IMG/VR virus record: IMGVR_UViG_3300030098_006630
Span: 1 to 64,000 of that record
Length of the DNA stretch: 64,000 nucleotides
Source of the DNA: a virus
Reading direction: 5' to 3' (one strand)
A model generated the notes under the pieces. The model ran no database searches. It was not told the origin of the DNA and saw only the letters and a program-made list of their open reading frames with translations. The position numbers and the translations under genes were made by a program. Positions 26,502-36,942 of the stretch are shown here, piece after piece (position 1 is the first letter of the stretch; each line of letters begins with the position of its first letter).

Positions 26502-27124
26502 TGTTACATAACCCATATAAAATAGTGAAAATGTTTGAAGAGGAAGTAGCATACTATACCGGAGCGCCTTTCGCTGTCTCTCTGAATAGTTGCACTAACG
26601 CTCTGTTTCTTGCTTGTAAATGGGCTGGAGTCAAAGACAAGGAAGTTATCATTCCTAAAAGAACATACCTATCTCCTCCTCAATCAATCCTTCAAGCAGG
26701 AGGAAAGCTCGTTTTTGACGACCGAAAGTGGGAAGGGATTTATCAATTAAAGCCGTTCCCTATATATGACGCAGCAAAGCGTCTTACCTCTGGCATGTAT
26801 ATACCGGGTACATTCATGTGTTTAAGTTTTCACATCAAGAAACACCTTAAAATCGGCAAGGGAGGTATGATATTATGTGACAGTGAAGAGGCTGTTAAGT
26901 GGTTCAAAGCCCGCCGCTATGAAGGACGAACTGATGGCATGAAGTATCATGAAGACACCATAGATGAAGAAGGGTGGAATATGTATATGACACCAGAACA
27001 GGCAGCTAGAGGATTAATGCTTATGCAAAATTATCCTCAACATATGTCGGATATACCAGAAAACCCTCCATATCGAGATTTAACGGAATTTGACTTATTC
27101 AAAGACATAGAGGTAAGGAAATAA
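26501..27124 (+). CDS. Compact DegT/DnrJ-family PLP sugar aminotransferase
   Basis: FEEE...NSCTNAL, YDAA, SFHIKKHLKIGKGG, GWNMYM. Confidence 0.85.
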   Translation: MLHNPYKIVKMFEEEVAYYTGAPFAVSLNSCTNALFLACKWAGVKDKEVIIPKRTYLSPPQSILQAGGKLVFDDRKWEGIYQLKPFPIYDAAKRLTSGMYIPGTFMCLSFHIKKHLKIGKGGMILCDSEEAVKWFKARRYEGRTDGMKYHEDTIDEEGWNMYMTPEQAARGLMLMQNYPQHMSDIPENPPYRDLTEFDLFKDIEVRK

Positions 27125-27125
27125 A

Positions 27126-27746
27126 ATGCTTAGAAGTGATATTGTCAATAGTTTTATAAAAAAATACGACTACAAGACTTACTTGGAAATTGGCTACGGG
27201 AATGGGGATACTTTTCATAAGATAGAGCTTCCTGTAGAAGATAAAATTGGCGTTGACGGCGGAAATGGAACCCCTCAAAACGACGCATATGTTACACGAA
27301 TGACATCTGATAAATTTTTTGAATTAAATAAAAAATTCACTAATAAAAAATTTGATATTATTTTTATTGACGGCTCTCATCTTTGGGAGGATGTAGAAAA
27401 TGACATGATTAATTCTTTAGACTGTCTAAACGAAGGCGGAACAATTGTGATGCACGATTGCAATCCTGAAAATGTTCACTGGCAAGAAAGAAGCCAATCT
27501 CCTCTTGTACCTGGGTGGAACGGCGATACTTGGAAGGCATTTGTTAAGTTTAGATCAACACGGGAAGATTTAGAGATGTTTGTAGTAGATACAGATTTTG
27601 GCTGCGGAGTTGTAAGACGCGGCTCTCAAGACCCTTTGAATCTAAATTTAGAAAAATCTTTATTATATGAAGCTTTTGAGCCAAACAAAAAAGAGTGGCT
27701 TAATTTAATTTCCATTGAAGAGTTTACAAGCAAGGTCGAGGTTTAA
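27126..27746 (+). CDS. Class I SAM-dependent methyltransferase
   Basis: YLEIG; FDIIFIDGSH; GGTIVMHD. Confidence 0.88.
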   Translation: MLRSDIVNSFIKKYDYKTYLEIGYGNGDTFHKIELPVEDKIGVDGGNGTPQNDAYVTRMTSDKFFELNKKFTNKKFDIIFIDGSHLWEDVENDMINSLDCLNEGGTIVMHDCNPENVHWQERSQSPLVPGWNGDTWKAFVKFRSTREDLEMFVVDTDFGCGVVRRGSQDPLNLNLEKSLLYEAFEPNKKEWLNLISIEEFTSKVEV

Positions 27747-27749
27747 AAA

Positions 27750-28574
27750 ATGATTTACTTTGTTACGATGCACCATAACACTGATAATTTTGTCAACCTA
27801 CAAGCCCAGAACATTAAAAACTATACTCCTGAAGTTTTTACAAAATATAAAGTTTATTGCGGCTTATCAGGGGTCCCGGATTACCGAGGCGAAGAAAATA
27901 ATTTCACTAATTATTCATTTTTTAATATTACTGAAGTCATGAATCAGCATTGGTTTAGAATGAATTGGTTAGTAGACAGAATTAAAGAAAATGAAACTAT
28001 TGAAGATGATGATATCTTAGTGTTCCTGGACGGTGACGCTTTCCCAGTAGATTTTTGGTATCCTAAAATTGTAGAACTTCTTAAAGAAAATGAAATGGTC
28101 GCCGCCGACCGACGCGAAGATATTGAACCTCTTTTAGCCGAAGAAATGAAGCCCTACCCTCATCCTTTGTTTTTGGCAACAAAAGCAAAATTCTGGATTG
28201 AGAATGAATTAAAATGGGGAATTGATGAAAGCAAAGGAATATCTACTCCTGGCTGTCTTTTAAAATTATGGCTTGAAGAAAATGATTATTCTTACGCACC
28301 TTTAGTACGAACAAATGTATTTGATATTCATCCTTTGTTTTTTGGTGTTTACGGAGACTTAATTTATCATCATGGAGCAGCTTCTGGTTTGGAAAAAGTA
28401 TATGGCTCTAGTGACATATGGACGCGACCAGACCTATCCAAAAAATATGGAGTAGCTTTAGATATCCATGTCCCAGCTATTCCGGCTTTTAATGGATATA
28501 TGTCAAATTTAGTATGGCAAGCTATAATCAACTTACCTAATTTCATTAATGTATATTTCCGTGGAAAGGAGTAA
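27750..28574 (+). CDS. Putative GT-A fold glycosyltransferase
   Basis: VFLDGDAF DxD motif; IYHHG; sugar-island context. Confidence 0.6.
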   Translation: MIYFVTMHHNTDNFVNLQAQNIKNYTPEVFTKYKVYCGLSGVPDYRGEENNFTNYSFFNITEVMNQHWFRMNWLVDRIKENETIEDDDILVFLDGDAFPVDFWYPKIVELLKENEMVAADRREDIEPLLAEEMKPYPHPLFLATKAKFWIENELKWGIDESKGISTPGCLLKLWLEENDYSYAPLVRTNVFDIHPLFFGVYGDLIYHHGAASGLEKVYGSSDIWTRPDLSKKYGVALDIHVPAIPAFNGYMSNLVWQAIINLPNFINVYFRGKE

Positions 28575-28575
28575 T

Positions 28576-29403
28576 ATGAAGAATTTAAAAAGATTAATTT
28601 TTGGATCAGGGAAGCTAGGGCAACACCTATCTAACGAAGAGACTTTATGCATTCCTAGAGAAAAGTGTGATATATCTGATAGCGCTAAAATTCAACAAAT
28701 TTTTGATTCGCTCCCTATGAAGCCAGAAGTAGTGATTAATTGTGCAGCAAAGACCAATTTGGAGTTTTGTGAAAGCAATAAAGATGTTGCCTTTCAGACG
28801 AATACTGTAGGTGTAGCCAATTTACTAGAGAACTGCGCTCAGAAAAATATTAAATTTGTTCATATTAGTAGCGGGTGTCTTTTCGACGGCAACGATTCCA
28901 TATCCACAGAAGAAAGTATCCCTACACCTGCTGCATGGTATACATATACAAAAAAATGGGCAGATGAATATATCGAGAATTATGGATATGAAAATTACCT
29001 AATCTTGCGCCCAAGACAAATGATTTCAGCCAGAGCAAACCCTACCAACATGTTAACCAAGTTCTGTAATTATAAGCGCATTTTTGTTCATAAAGAACCT
29101 AACTCTATTACTTGCGTTGAGGATTTTTGCGATATGTTAAATTTCTTGGTTGAAAATAATAAAAATGGCATTTATAATTGTTGTAATGATGGTGTAGTCA
29201 CTCCTTATGATATCGCCACAGGAATTAAAGAGTATATTTTACCTGAACTTGAAGTAACTGAAGCATCCTATGAACATACTCTTACTTTGCAGGCAAATAA
29301 GCGCGTGAATACAATTTTATCTAATGACAAACTTAAGGAAGCAGGATTCACTCCCCGCCATGCTAAGGATGCCTTAAGGTGGTGTTTAGAAAATTATGAG
29401 TAA
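28576..29403 (+). CDS. rmlD: dTDP-4-dehydrorhamnose reductase-like
   Basis: GSGKLG, VINCAA, VHISS, YTYTK. Confidence 0.8.
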   Translation: MKNLKRLIFGSGKLGQHLSNEETLCIPREKCDISDSAKIQQIFDSLPMKPEVVINCAAKTNLEFCESNKDVAFQTNTVGVANLLENCAQKNIKFVHISSGCLFDGNDSISTEESIPTPAAWYTYTKKWADEYIENYGYENYLILRPRQMISARANPTNMLTKFCNYKRIFVHKEPNSITCVEDFCDMLNFLVENNKNGIYNCCNDGVVTPYDIATGIKEYILPELEVTEASYEHTLTLQANKRVNTILSNDKLKEAGFTPRHAKDALRWCLENYE

Positions 29404-30151
29404 AATCGCACTTGTTATAAATACCATTAGCAAAAATAAAGATATCTGGAATATGTTCTTTAATCAGATTGAAAAGCACGTTCCTTCGTCTTTTTTTGCA
29501 AAAAAATACATCTTTGTTGATAAAACAGAAGACGCATTACCAGACGATTACGAAGTAATATATTATGATACGAGCAAAAAATATAGAGATCAATTTTTAA
29601 CTGGAATATCGCAAGTACAGGAAGAATATTGTATCTATATTTCGGAAGATTACATCCTTTACGAAAACATCGCAGGAGACTTAATAAAAGAATATGCGAC
29701 CGTATTAAACAATAACCCTCATTTGTCTTTTGTTAGATTTGTAAAAGGGGGAATAATAAACATCCCTTTTCCATGTTTTCAAGGAAGGAAAGACCTTTTT
29801 GAACTCCACCACTCTATACCTTATTTCTACACTAATCAAGCAGCGGTTTGGAAGACTAGAGATTTAGAAAAAATACACTACCATGGACCTAACTTACATA
29901 TTGCTAATATGGATTATGAAAATTCTTTTGAGTGGCGGGCAACAAAAACCTGCCAAGAACTTGATATAAAAGGTCTTTTTTGTTATCATGGCGAACCAAA
30001 GAGAGGTATGTATCACTATGACTCCACTGTTTTTCCACACGTAGCTACCGCACTAGTCAAAGGCAAATGGAACTTGAGTGAATATACAAAAGAATTGTCT
30101 CCTTTAATAGAAGAATACAAGATAGACACTAGTCAACGAGGAGCTGTTTAA
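29396..30151 (+). CDS. Putative GT-A fold glycosyltransferase
   Basis: YISEDY acidic motif, QAAVW, KGKW; sugar-island context. Confidence 0.55.
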   Translation: MSKIALVINTISKNKDIWNMFFNQIEKHVPSSFFAKKYIFVDKTEDALPDDYEVIYYDTSKKYRDQFLTGISQVQEEYCIYISEDYILYENIAGDLIKEYATVLNNNPHLSFVRFVKGGIINIPFPCFQGRKDLFELHHSIPYFYTNQAAVWKTRDLEKIHYHGPNLHIANMDYENSFEWRATKTCQELDIKGLFCYHGEPKRGMYHYDSTVFPHVATALVKGKWNLSEYTKELSPLIEEYKIDTSQRGAV

Positions 30152-31110
30152 TGAAGATAGTTGAGGATCTGTCCATAGAAGTTCCAGATACAAATGCACA
30201 TCACTGGAAGTTGAATGAACTTAGTAAAAATTCTCATGATGCTGTTTTGATGTACGGATTTAATGCTTCTGCAAATGCTCAACTACATGCTGAATATAAA
30301 GACTTTAAAAGAAAAATTTACTTTAATAACTGGGCACCTTGCGAATTCGCTCAGTATAGACCTCATAACAACCAAACAGGCTTTGAATATGAAGGTTATT
30401 TTGACGAAGTATATTCTATATGTCCATATAGTAGCGAGTGGCTCAATAACTTCGATCTGAAAAGAGAATACAAGCCAATATTTTATCCTTTCAATTCCAA
30501 GATTATACCTGAAAATTGTGAAAAACAATATGATGTCATTTATCATGGAGGTATTCACGGTCAAGAACACTACAACTGTCTTTTGACAATGAAAGAGTTT
30601 AATTATAGATATGTTACGATGACTAGTCATATAAATCAAATGACTCAACACTGCCTGCCTTTTGCTACTAATGTAAATTTAAATTTTCAAGAAAAGATAA
30701 ATTTAGTAGCTAAAAGTAAAATTTCAGTATGTTATAATTTAGTACACATAGCTCCTTCACATGTTCCAGCTATAAAGTCTTACGACAGGTGGAGAGAAAA
30801 TAAAGCTTTTAGCGAAGTAGACAAATGGAATGTGATGCCGCAATTCAAGACCAGGGCACATGAAGCAGCTATATCTAAAACTTTAAATTTAGTACAGAAA
30901 GATTCGTGGAATATAATGGAGAATTATTATGAACCTGATAAGGATTTTATTTATTTCAACAATGAAAGCGATTTAAGAAATAAAATTATTGACGTAATCA
31001 ATAATTGGCAAGATTATCAAGTTATCATTGAGAGCGCTTACAATAAAGCCATGAATTATACAACTGAAAAATTTATTCAACTAATAGCATCAGGAGAAGA
31101 ATGGAAATGA
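30151..31110 (+). CDS. Putative GT-B glycosyltransferase (CgeB-like C-terminus)
   Basis: SKISVCYN...KTRAHEAA...YYEPDKDFIYF. Confidence 0.65.
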   Translation: MKIVEDLSIEVPDTNAHHWKLNELSKNSHDAVLMYGFNASANAQLHAEYKDFKRKIYFNNWAPCEFAQYRPHNNQTGFEYEGYFDEVYSICPYSSEWLNNFDLKREYKPIFYPFNSKIIPENCEKQYDVIYHGGIHGQEHYNCLLTMKEFNYRYVTMTSHINQMTQHCLPFATNVNLNFQEKINLVAKSKISVCYNLVHIAPSHVPAIKSYDRWRENKAFSEVDKWNVMPQFKTRAHEAAISKTLNLVQKDSWNIMENYYEPDKDFIYFNNESDLRNKIIDVINNWQDYQVIIESAYNKAMNYTTEKFIQLIASGEEWK

Positions 31111-32315
31111 AATGTAGAGGATGTGGGTCAGAAAAAATAAATTTGGTATTAGACCTGGGAAATCAACCTTGGTGTAATGATTTCTTGACAGAAGAAAGGG
31201 TCGGAAAAGAAGAAAAATACCCTCTTCGCCTGTGTTATTGCGAAGATTGTGAGTTGTTGCAGCTTGATCATACTGTTCCGAAAGAGATTATGTTTGCAGA
31301 CCATCAATACCTTTCTGGGATGACTACCACCTTAGTAAATCATTTTTATGAAGTAGCCGAAGAAAACGTCAAGCAGTTTGACATGCAACCTGATGATTTA
31401 GTGGTTGATATCGGAGGAAACGATGGAAGTCAGCTTCTACAATATAAAAAAGCCGGCGTTAACAATGTTTTAAACATCGAATCAGCCAAGAGGGTATCGA
31501 GAATCTCTAGAGATGCTGGCGTAAAGACAGTCAATGAGTTCTTTAACGAAGATAGTGCCAAGAAGCATTTGGGAGAAAAATCTGTAAAGCTCTATAACGC
31601 TTCTGGGGTCTTTTTTCATTTAGAAGAATTACACAGCGTCATTAAAGGAATTAAATATTCCCTGCGTGATGATGGAGTACTAATTGTCCAGTTTATGTAT
31701 GCAGGTGCTATGATAGAGAACGGGAACTTTGATACGATATACCATGAGCATTTGTGTTATTATACCATTAGAAGTTTAAATAATCTTCTCAAACCATACG
31801 GAATGGAGATCTTTGATGCCTATGCCTCCGATATCCACAGTGGCTCTATTATAGCTAAAATTTGTCACGAACATAGTGAATTAAATGTAAAGACGAAAAG
31901 ATTTTTAGCTCTTTTGGAAAAAGACAATGAATACTCCATTGAAAGAACCTTAGAATTTGCTGATAATGTAAAACAGAATAGAAGTGCCTTAAGAGACTTG
32001 TTGACTGAAATTAAAGACAAGAATGAAAGTGTCTATGTCTATGGAGCACCTGCCAAAGGAAACACTTTGCTCAATTATTTTGGCATTGACAAAACTCTAG
32101 TAGACAAGGCAGTTGAAATCAACCCAATGAAGATTGGTCACTACCTACCTCAATCACACATACCTATTTGTCAAGAAACCAAGGATGATACACCAGACTA
32201 TTATCTTCTTTTATCACACAATTTTGCAAAAGAAATTATTAATAAAAATCAAGACATTATAGCTCAAGGTGTTAAGTTTATCATTCCTTTTCCTAAACTT
32301 GAGGTGATTGGTTGA
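31107..32315 (+). CDS. NDP-hexose C-methyltransferase
   Basis: CRGC...LDLG.QP...C.DC Zn site; DIGGNDG; FDTIYHEH; YGAPAKGNTLL; FIIPFP. Confidence 0.9.
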   Translation: MKCRGCGSEKINLVLDLGNQPWCNDFLTEERVGKEEKYPLRLCYCEDCELLQLDHTVPKEIMFADHQYLSGMTTTLVNHFYEVAEENVKQFDMQPDDLVVDIGGNDGSQLLQYKKAGVNNVLNIESAKRVSRISRDAGVKTVNEFFNEDSAKKHLGEKSVKLYNASGVFFHLEELHSVIKGIKYSLRDDGVLIVQFMYAGAMIENGNFDTIYHEHLCYYTIRSLNNLLKPYGMEIFDAYASDIHSGSIIAKICHEHSELNVKTKRFLALLEKDNEYSIERTLEFADNVKQNRSALRDLLTEIKDKNESVYVYGAPAKGNTLLNYFGIDKTLVDKAVEINPMKIGHYLPQSHIPICQETKDDTPDYYLLLSHNFAKEIINKNQDIIAQGVKFIIPFPKLEVIG

Positions 32316-33229
32316 AGGTTTTAGTAACAGGAGCGACAGGTTTTCTTGGAAGGCATTTGACACCAAAGTTAGACGCCCTCGGGTGGGACATATATTTTTC
32401 AAACACTAGGACAGCAAATCTTAATGATATTAATAACTTAAATCTTTTTAAAGACATTAAATTTGATTACATCTTTCATCTAGCGGCGGTAACTAAAGCA
32501 GGAGATTATTGTTTAAAACACCCCGGCGACCAATGGCTTAAGAATCAAATTATTAACACTAATATTTTAACCTACTGGTCACAAAGTCAACCTCAAGCAA
32601 AAATGATTTGCATGGGAACAAGCTGCTCTTATACACCAGATATTTTTATGACTGAAGACAATTATCTATTAGGAGAACCAGAGCCAAGCCTTTATACCTA
32701 TGCCATGACTAAAAGGATGCTTCTCATAGGTCTTCACTCGCTTCAAAAAGAATTTGGACTTAAGTGGCTTTATTTTGTTCCTTCGACCTTGTATGGACCC
32801 GACTTTGAGCTAGATGATAATCATTTTATTTTTGATTTTATTAGAAATTGTTATAACGCTAAATATAACAATAAAGATTTTGTGATATGGGGCGACGGGA
32901 ATCAACGACGAGAGCTTATCTACGTCGATGACGCAGTATCAGCTATGATTAATCTCATTGACAACGAAAACGAAGTTTTTAACTTAGGCTCAGGAATAGA
33001 TCATTCTATTAATGAATTTGCAGAAAAAATTTGCAAATGCTACAATTATGATTATAATTTAGTAAAGCGTGATTTGTCTAAATATGTCGGAGTTAAAGAA
33101 AAGAAAATTGACACCACCAAGGTATTGAAAGCTCTGGGTAACAAGGTTTTCTTGAATACATCTCTTGATGAAGGTTTGAAAAAAAGCGTGAAATATTTTA
33201 TAAATGCAATGGAGAAAGTAAATGATTGA
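32312..33229 (+). CDS. GDP-fucose-synthase-like epimerase/reductase
   Basis: TGATGFLG, GTSCSY, YAMTKR, WGDGNQRRELIYVDD. Confidence 0.85.
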   Translation: MKVLVTGATGFLGRHLTPKLDALGWDIYFSNTRTANLNDINNLNLFKDIKFDYIFHLAAVTKAGDYCLKHPGDQWLKNQIINTNILTYWSQSQPQAKMICMGTSCSYTPDIFMTEDNYLLGEPEPSLYTYAMTKRMLLIGLHSLQKEFGLKWLYFVPSTLYGPDFELDDNHFIFDFIRNCYNAKYNNKDFVIWGDGNQRRELIYVDDAVSAMINLIDNENEVFNLGSGIDHSINEFAEKICKCYNYDYNLVKRDLSKYVGVKEKKIDTTKVLKALGNKVFLNTSLDEGLKKSVKYFINAMEKVND

Positions 33230-34163
33230 TATAAACGTCTTTGCGACAAACTCTTATCTGTATTTAATACAAAAAATCCTACTCCCCAGTATTGTAGCCT
33301 ATCACCCAGGCGCAGAGGTTAATGTCCTTTTTACTGAAAAAGGTGCTCTTCCCAATATCGGTGGCTCGACTCATGACCCTCAGTTTAAAGACTTAATGAC
33401 TCATCGCATGGCTCATTATTTAAGAGTTTTAAAGAAGAATAAAGGTAAGAAAGTTTTATTTCTAGATGGCGATATAATCATTTTACAACCTTTTCTACAC
33501 GATTTAGAGGAGCGATTAGATAATTATGACATTCTGCACCAAGGCGGAGGGATTCTTGCTTTTAATTCAAACGAACACACTATTAAGCTGTTTGAAGATT
33601 TTGTAAACCAGTGTATAGCAACAAAACCAGAAGATCGACCCCCTGGTTTCCCGGAGTTCGAACTGCAAGCAGCTTTTAAAGAATATTACGACTCTTCTTT
33701 GGTGTCGCTCCTTCCTGAACAATATGGTTATTTGTGCGAAGATCCTTACATGTATCACGCCATGAATAGTGGAAATACAATGCCTGAAAAAATGGTCATT
33801 CTTACTTGGGCAGAACAAATAGCTATTAAACTTAGAAATGTCAAACCAACTGAGTCAGAGCGATTTAAAAGATTTAAGAAAAATAAAGAAAATATATTAT
33901 TTGGGTGCGGTTATGTAAAATATAACGACCCCGCCGACCCCTCTAAAGGATTAGATTATTTTGCCTTCGACTCTTCTAAAACCGAAGCCTTTGTGGATTT
34001 GGACATTATTAAAGCCCATGCTGATCATCTTTATTTTTGTTTTGAAGCCTCTTGGGATAACGAAGAGGGTATAGAAAAAGACGATAAAATAGTATATTTC
34101 GCTGATATGCGAGAGCCTGGTTTTCCAATTTTTGTTACTCAAAAAGCGGCTCCGTTCTTTTAA
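33222..34163 (+). CDS. Putative nucleotide-diphospho-sugar transferase
   Basis: VLFLDGDI DxD motif; YHA; sugar-island context. Confidence 0.6.
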   Translation: MIDINVFATNSYLYLIQKILLPSIVAYHPGAEVNVLFTEKGALPNIGGSTHDPQFKDLMTHRMAHYLRVLKKNKGKKVLFLDGDIIILQPFLHDLEERLDNYDILHQGGGILAFNSNEHTIKLFEDFVNQCIATKPEDRPPGFPEFELQAAFKEYYDSSLVSLLPEQYGYLCEDPYMYHAMNSGNTMPEKMVILTWAEQIAIKLRNVKPTESERFKRFKKNKENILFGCGYVKYNDPADPSKGLDYFAFDSSKTEAFVDLDIIKAHADHLYFCFEASWDNEEGIEKDDKIVYFADMREPGFPIFVTQKAAPFF

Positions 34164-34179
34164 CGTCAAAGGAAAAATT

Positions 34180-34581
34180 ATGACTAATAGAAAATATTTA
34201 CCCACACTATCCGAGCTTATAGATCGCCTCTCTATTGTTCAATTAAAAGAGGTGTTTATTCCTGAGCACAAAATGGAATATTCTCAGGAAATCAAAGATA
34301 TTGTTCACGATATCCAACTATCTCTAAATGAAGGTGGAAAAATTACTGCCGAAACAATTAGAGCAATCGTTGTTCTTTCACAGATGAACTTACACATTTG
34401 GCACAATGAATCCAACTATCGCAAAGGAATTAAAGATGGCAACAATCTTGAATTAACTCACGGTATCAATGGCATTAGAAACACTGCTAAAAATAAAATC
34501 CAAGAGATTGTTGGAGGCAGGAAAGACTACAAAATTGATTGTCTCGCCGCAGATTTCAAAGATTGGGAAGTAAGCTGGTAG
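34180..34581 (+). CDS. DUF4254-like helical protein
   Basis: TLSELIDRLSIVQLK...IWHNE...NGIRN. Confidence 0.6.
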   Translation: MTNRKYLPTLSELIDRLSIVQLKEVFIPEHKMEYSQEIKDIVHDIQLSLNEGGKITAETIRAIVVLSQMNLHIWHNESNYRKGIKDGNNLELTHGINGIRNTAKNKIQEIVGGRKDYKIDCLAADFKDWEVSW

Positions 34582-35324
34582 TGAAAGTTTTAGTCATAGG
34601 AGACGCTTGTGAGGATGTTTATATCTATGGAGACTGCTCCAGGCTAGCACCAGAAGCCCCTATTCCGGTATTTGTACCCCAAGATAAAACGACCAATGGA
34701 GGCATGGCTATGAATGTTTTTGCAAACTTAAAGTCACTGGGTACGGATTGCGATATTCTTCATAATGTTGAAGAAATTACCAAAACACGATATGTGGACA
34801 AAAAGACTAATCATATTTTCCTGCGAGTAGATACAGATGATAAAAAATTAAAGAGGATTGAAGAGAATAATCTTGATAAAGATTTCCTTAATCAATATGA
34901 TGCTATTGTAATATCCGATTACAATAAAGGCTTTCTAACCGAAGAGGATATTGAAAAGATTTGTTATAATCATCCTTTGACTTTCATGGATACAAAAAAA
35001 AATTTAGGTCGTTGGGCAAAAGATTGCACTTGGATTAAAATAAACGAAGAAGAATATAATAAAACTTTTAATAAAATCGCCAACTTAGGGCACATTTTTG
35101 ATGATAAACTCATCGTAACTTTAAGCGAAAAAGGTTGCCGCTATAAGGGAGACATATTCCCAGTAGAAAAAGTAGAGATTAAAGATTTAAGCGGAGCTGG
35201 AGATACTTTTCTCGCAAGTTTTGTTTCGGATTATCTTAAAAATAAAAATGCTACACAAGCAATAATTTTTGCTAATGAATGCGCTACGCAGGTTGTACAA
35301 AAGAGAGGGGTAAATGTCATTTAA
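34581..35324 (+). CDS. HldE/RfaE domain-I type heptose-7-phosphate kinase (PfkB family)
   Basis: VIGD..EDVY..G..RLAPEAPIPV, SDYNKG, DLSGAGDTF. Confidence 0.88.
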   Translation: MKVLVIGDACEDVYIYGDCSRLAPEAPIPVFVPQDKTTNGGMAMNVFANLKSLGTDCDILHNVEEITKTRYVDKKTNHIFLRVDTDDKKLKRIEENNLDKDFLNQYDAIVISDYNKGFLTEEDIEKICYNHPLTFMDTKKNLGRWAKDCTWIKINEEEYNKTFNKIANLGHIFDDKLIVTLSEKGCRYKGDIFPVEKVEIKDLSGAGDTFLASFVSDYLKNKNATQAIIFANECATQVVQKRGVNVI

Positions 35325-35604
35325 AGAATATTACGAGCACTATCTAACACTACATCAAAACAAATGGAATCGAAGATTACACGTTCTTGGGAACGCTGCG
35401 ACTATTACATTCGTAACTCTTTGTATTTTACATTCGCTCTGGTTTATGCTACTATTAACACCATTCATAGTTTATCCTTTTGCTTGGAGCGGGCATTTTT
35501 TCTTTGAGAAAAACAAGCCTGCTGCCTTTTCTAACCCTTTATGGGCAAAAGCGTGCGACTGGGTAATGTTAAAAGACATCCTAACAGGAAAAATAAGGTG
35601 GTAA
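35314..35604 (+). CDS. DUF962/Mpo1-like membrane protein
   Basis: YLTLHQ...NRRLHVLG...AWSGHFFFEKNKPAAF. Confidence 0.85.
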   Translation: MSFKEYYEHYLTLHQNKWNRRLHVLGNAATITFVTLCILHSLWFMLLLTPFIVYPFAWSGHFFFEKNKPAAFSNPLWAKACDWVMLKDILTGKIRW

Positions 35605-35607
35605 CAA

Positions 35608-36537
35608 ATGGCTAATGTATTAATTACAGGGGGAGCAGGCTACATTGGAAGTGAGTTGGTCGAGTTTCTTCTTCCAGAGCACAAGGTAACAGTGGTAGAT
35701 AACCTGATGTACGACAGAGATTCGCTTTTACGATATGTTCCAAATAAGAACTTTGATTTTATCAGAGGAGATGTAAGAGACACTGCTTTATTTGAAAAGC
35801 TCTTAAAAAATTCTGACATTATCATTCCGCTTGCAGCATTGGTGGGGTTTCCTTTGTGTGACCGCAAACCTGTGGAGGCTATCGATGTTAATTGTGGAGC
35901 GAATGAGTGGCTTGCACAAAAAAAATCCAATGATCAGATTGTTATTTATCCTTGCACAAACTCTGGCTATGGCAAAAGCATCGATGGCTCTGTGGTCACA
36001 GAAGAATCTCCTCTTAATCCTGTATCTTTGTATGGAAAAACCAAAGTTGAAGCCGAGGATGTTTTTAGACAAACTGACAACTGCGCTACTTTTCGCTTAG
36101 CTACCGTTTGCGGTCCATCTAGCAGAATGAGAACTGACCTTTTAGTTAACAACTTTGTCCTGCGAGCCCTACGCGATAGAGTTTTGGTTCTTTACGAATG
36201 CGAGTTTATGAGGAACTATGTTCATATTCATGATGTCTGTCGCTCGTTTAAGTTTTTGATTGATAATTGGGATGATTGTAAAAACGATACTTATAACCTT
36301 GGTCATGATGCAATGAACATGAACAAGCTTCAGTTAGCAGAGAAAATCGCTGGGCACACTCCGCTTGAGATTATCAAGGCAGAGTTCACCAAAGATCCAG
36401 ATGTAAGAGATTACATTGTCAGCAGTCAAAAGATTTACGACAAAGGCTTTGAGTGTCTATACGACCTCGACACCAGCATTGAGCAGCTTATAAAGGCTTA
36501 CAAGATTATTGACTCTCCTTGGTACGCGAACTACTAG
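35608..36537 (+). CDS. NAD-dependent sugar epimerase/dehydratase
   Basis: TGGAGYIG; YGKTK; RMRTDLLVN. Confidence 0.9.
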   Translation: MANVLITGGAGYIGSELVEFLLPEHKVTVVDNLMYDRDSLLRYVPNKNFDFIRGDVRDTALFEKLLKNSDIIIPLAALVGFPLCDRKPVEAIDVNCGANEWLAQKKSNDQIVIYPCTNSGYGKSIDGSVVTEESPLNPVSLYGKTKVEAEDVFRQTDNCATFRLATVCGPSSRMRTDLLVNNFVLRALRDRVLVLYECEFMRNYVHIHDVCRSFKFLIDNWDDCKNDTYNLGHDAMNMNKLQLAEKIAGHTPLEIIKAEFTKDPDVRDYIVSSQKIYDKGFECLYDLDTSIEQLIKAYKIIDSPWYANY

Positions 36538-36942
36538 ATGAAAGTTATCTGGACTAATGGCTGTTTCGATATTCTTCATCGAGGGCATGTAGAGCTTTTT
36601 AAGTTTTGTAAATCACAAGGGGACTACCTTGTTGTTGGCATAGATACCGACAGTCGCGTAAAAGAAAGTAAAGGACCCAGCCGCCCTTTCAACAGCCAAG
36701 AAGACCGAAAGTTTTTCCTTGAAGCAATCAAGTACATTGACAAGGTTGTGTTATTTTCAACCGATAACGAGCTACGACAAAGGCTTGCTGAAAGCAATGT
36801 AGATACAATGATTGTTGGCTCTGATTGGAAAGGTAAACGAGTCGTAGGACAGGAAAAAGTTAACAAAGTTTTATTTTTTGATAGAATAGGAACATACTCT
36901 ACCACAAGCATTTTGGAGGCAAATAATGACGTATGTAGTTGA
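36538..36942 (+). CDS. HldE/RfaE domain-II type nucleotidyltransferase
   Basis: TNGCFDILHRGH, KGPSRP, GSDW, YSTTSI. Confidence 0.88.
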   Translation: MKVIWTNGCFDILHRGHVELFKFCKSQGDYLVVGIDTDSRVKESKGPSRPFNSQEDRKFFLEAIKYIDKVVLFSTDNELRQRLAESNVDTMIVGSDWKGKRVVGQEKVNKVLFFDRIGTYSTTSILEANNDVCS

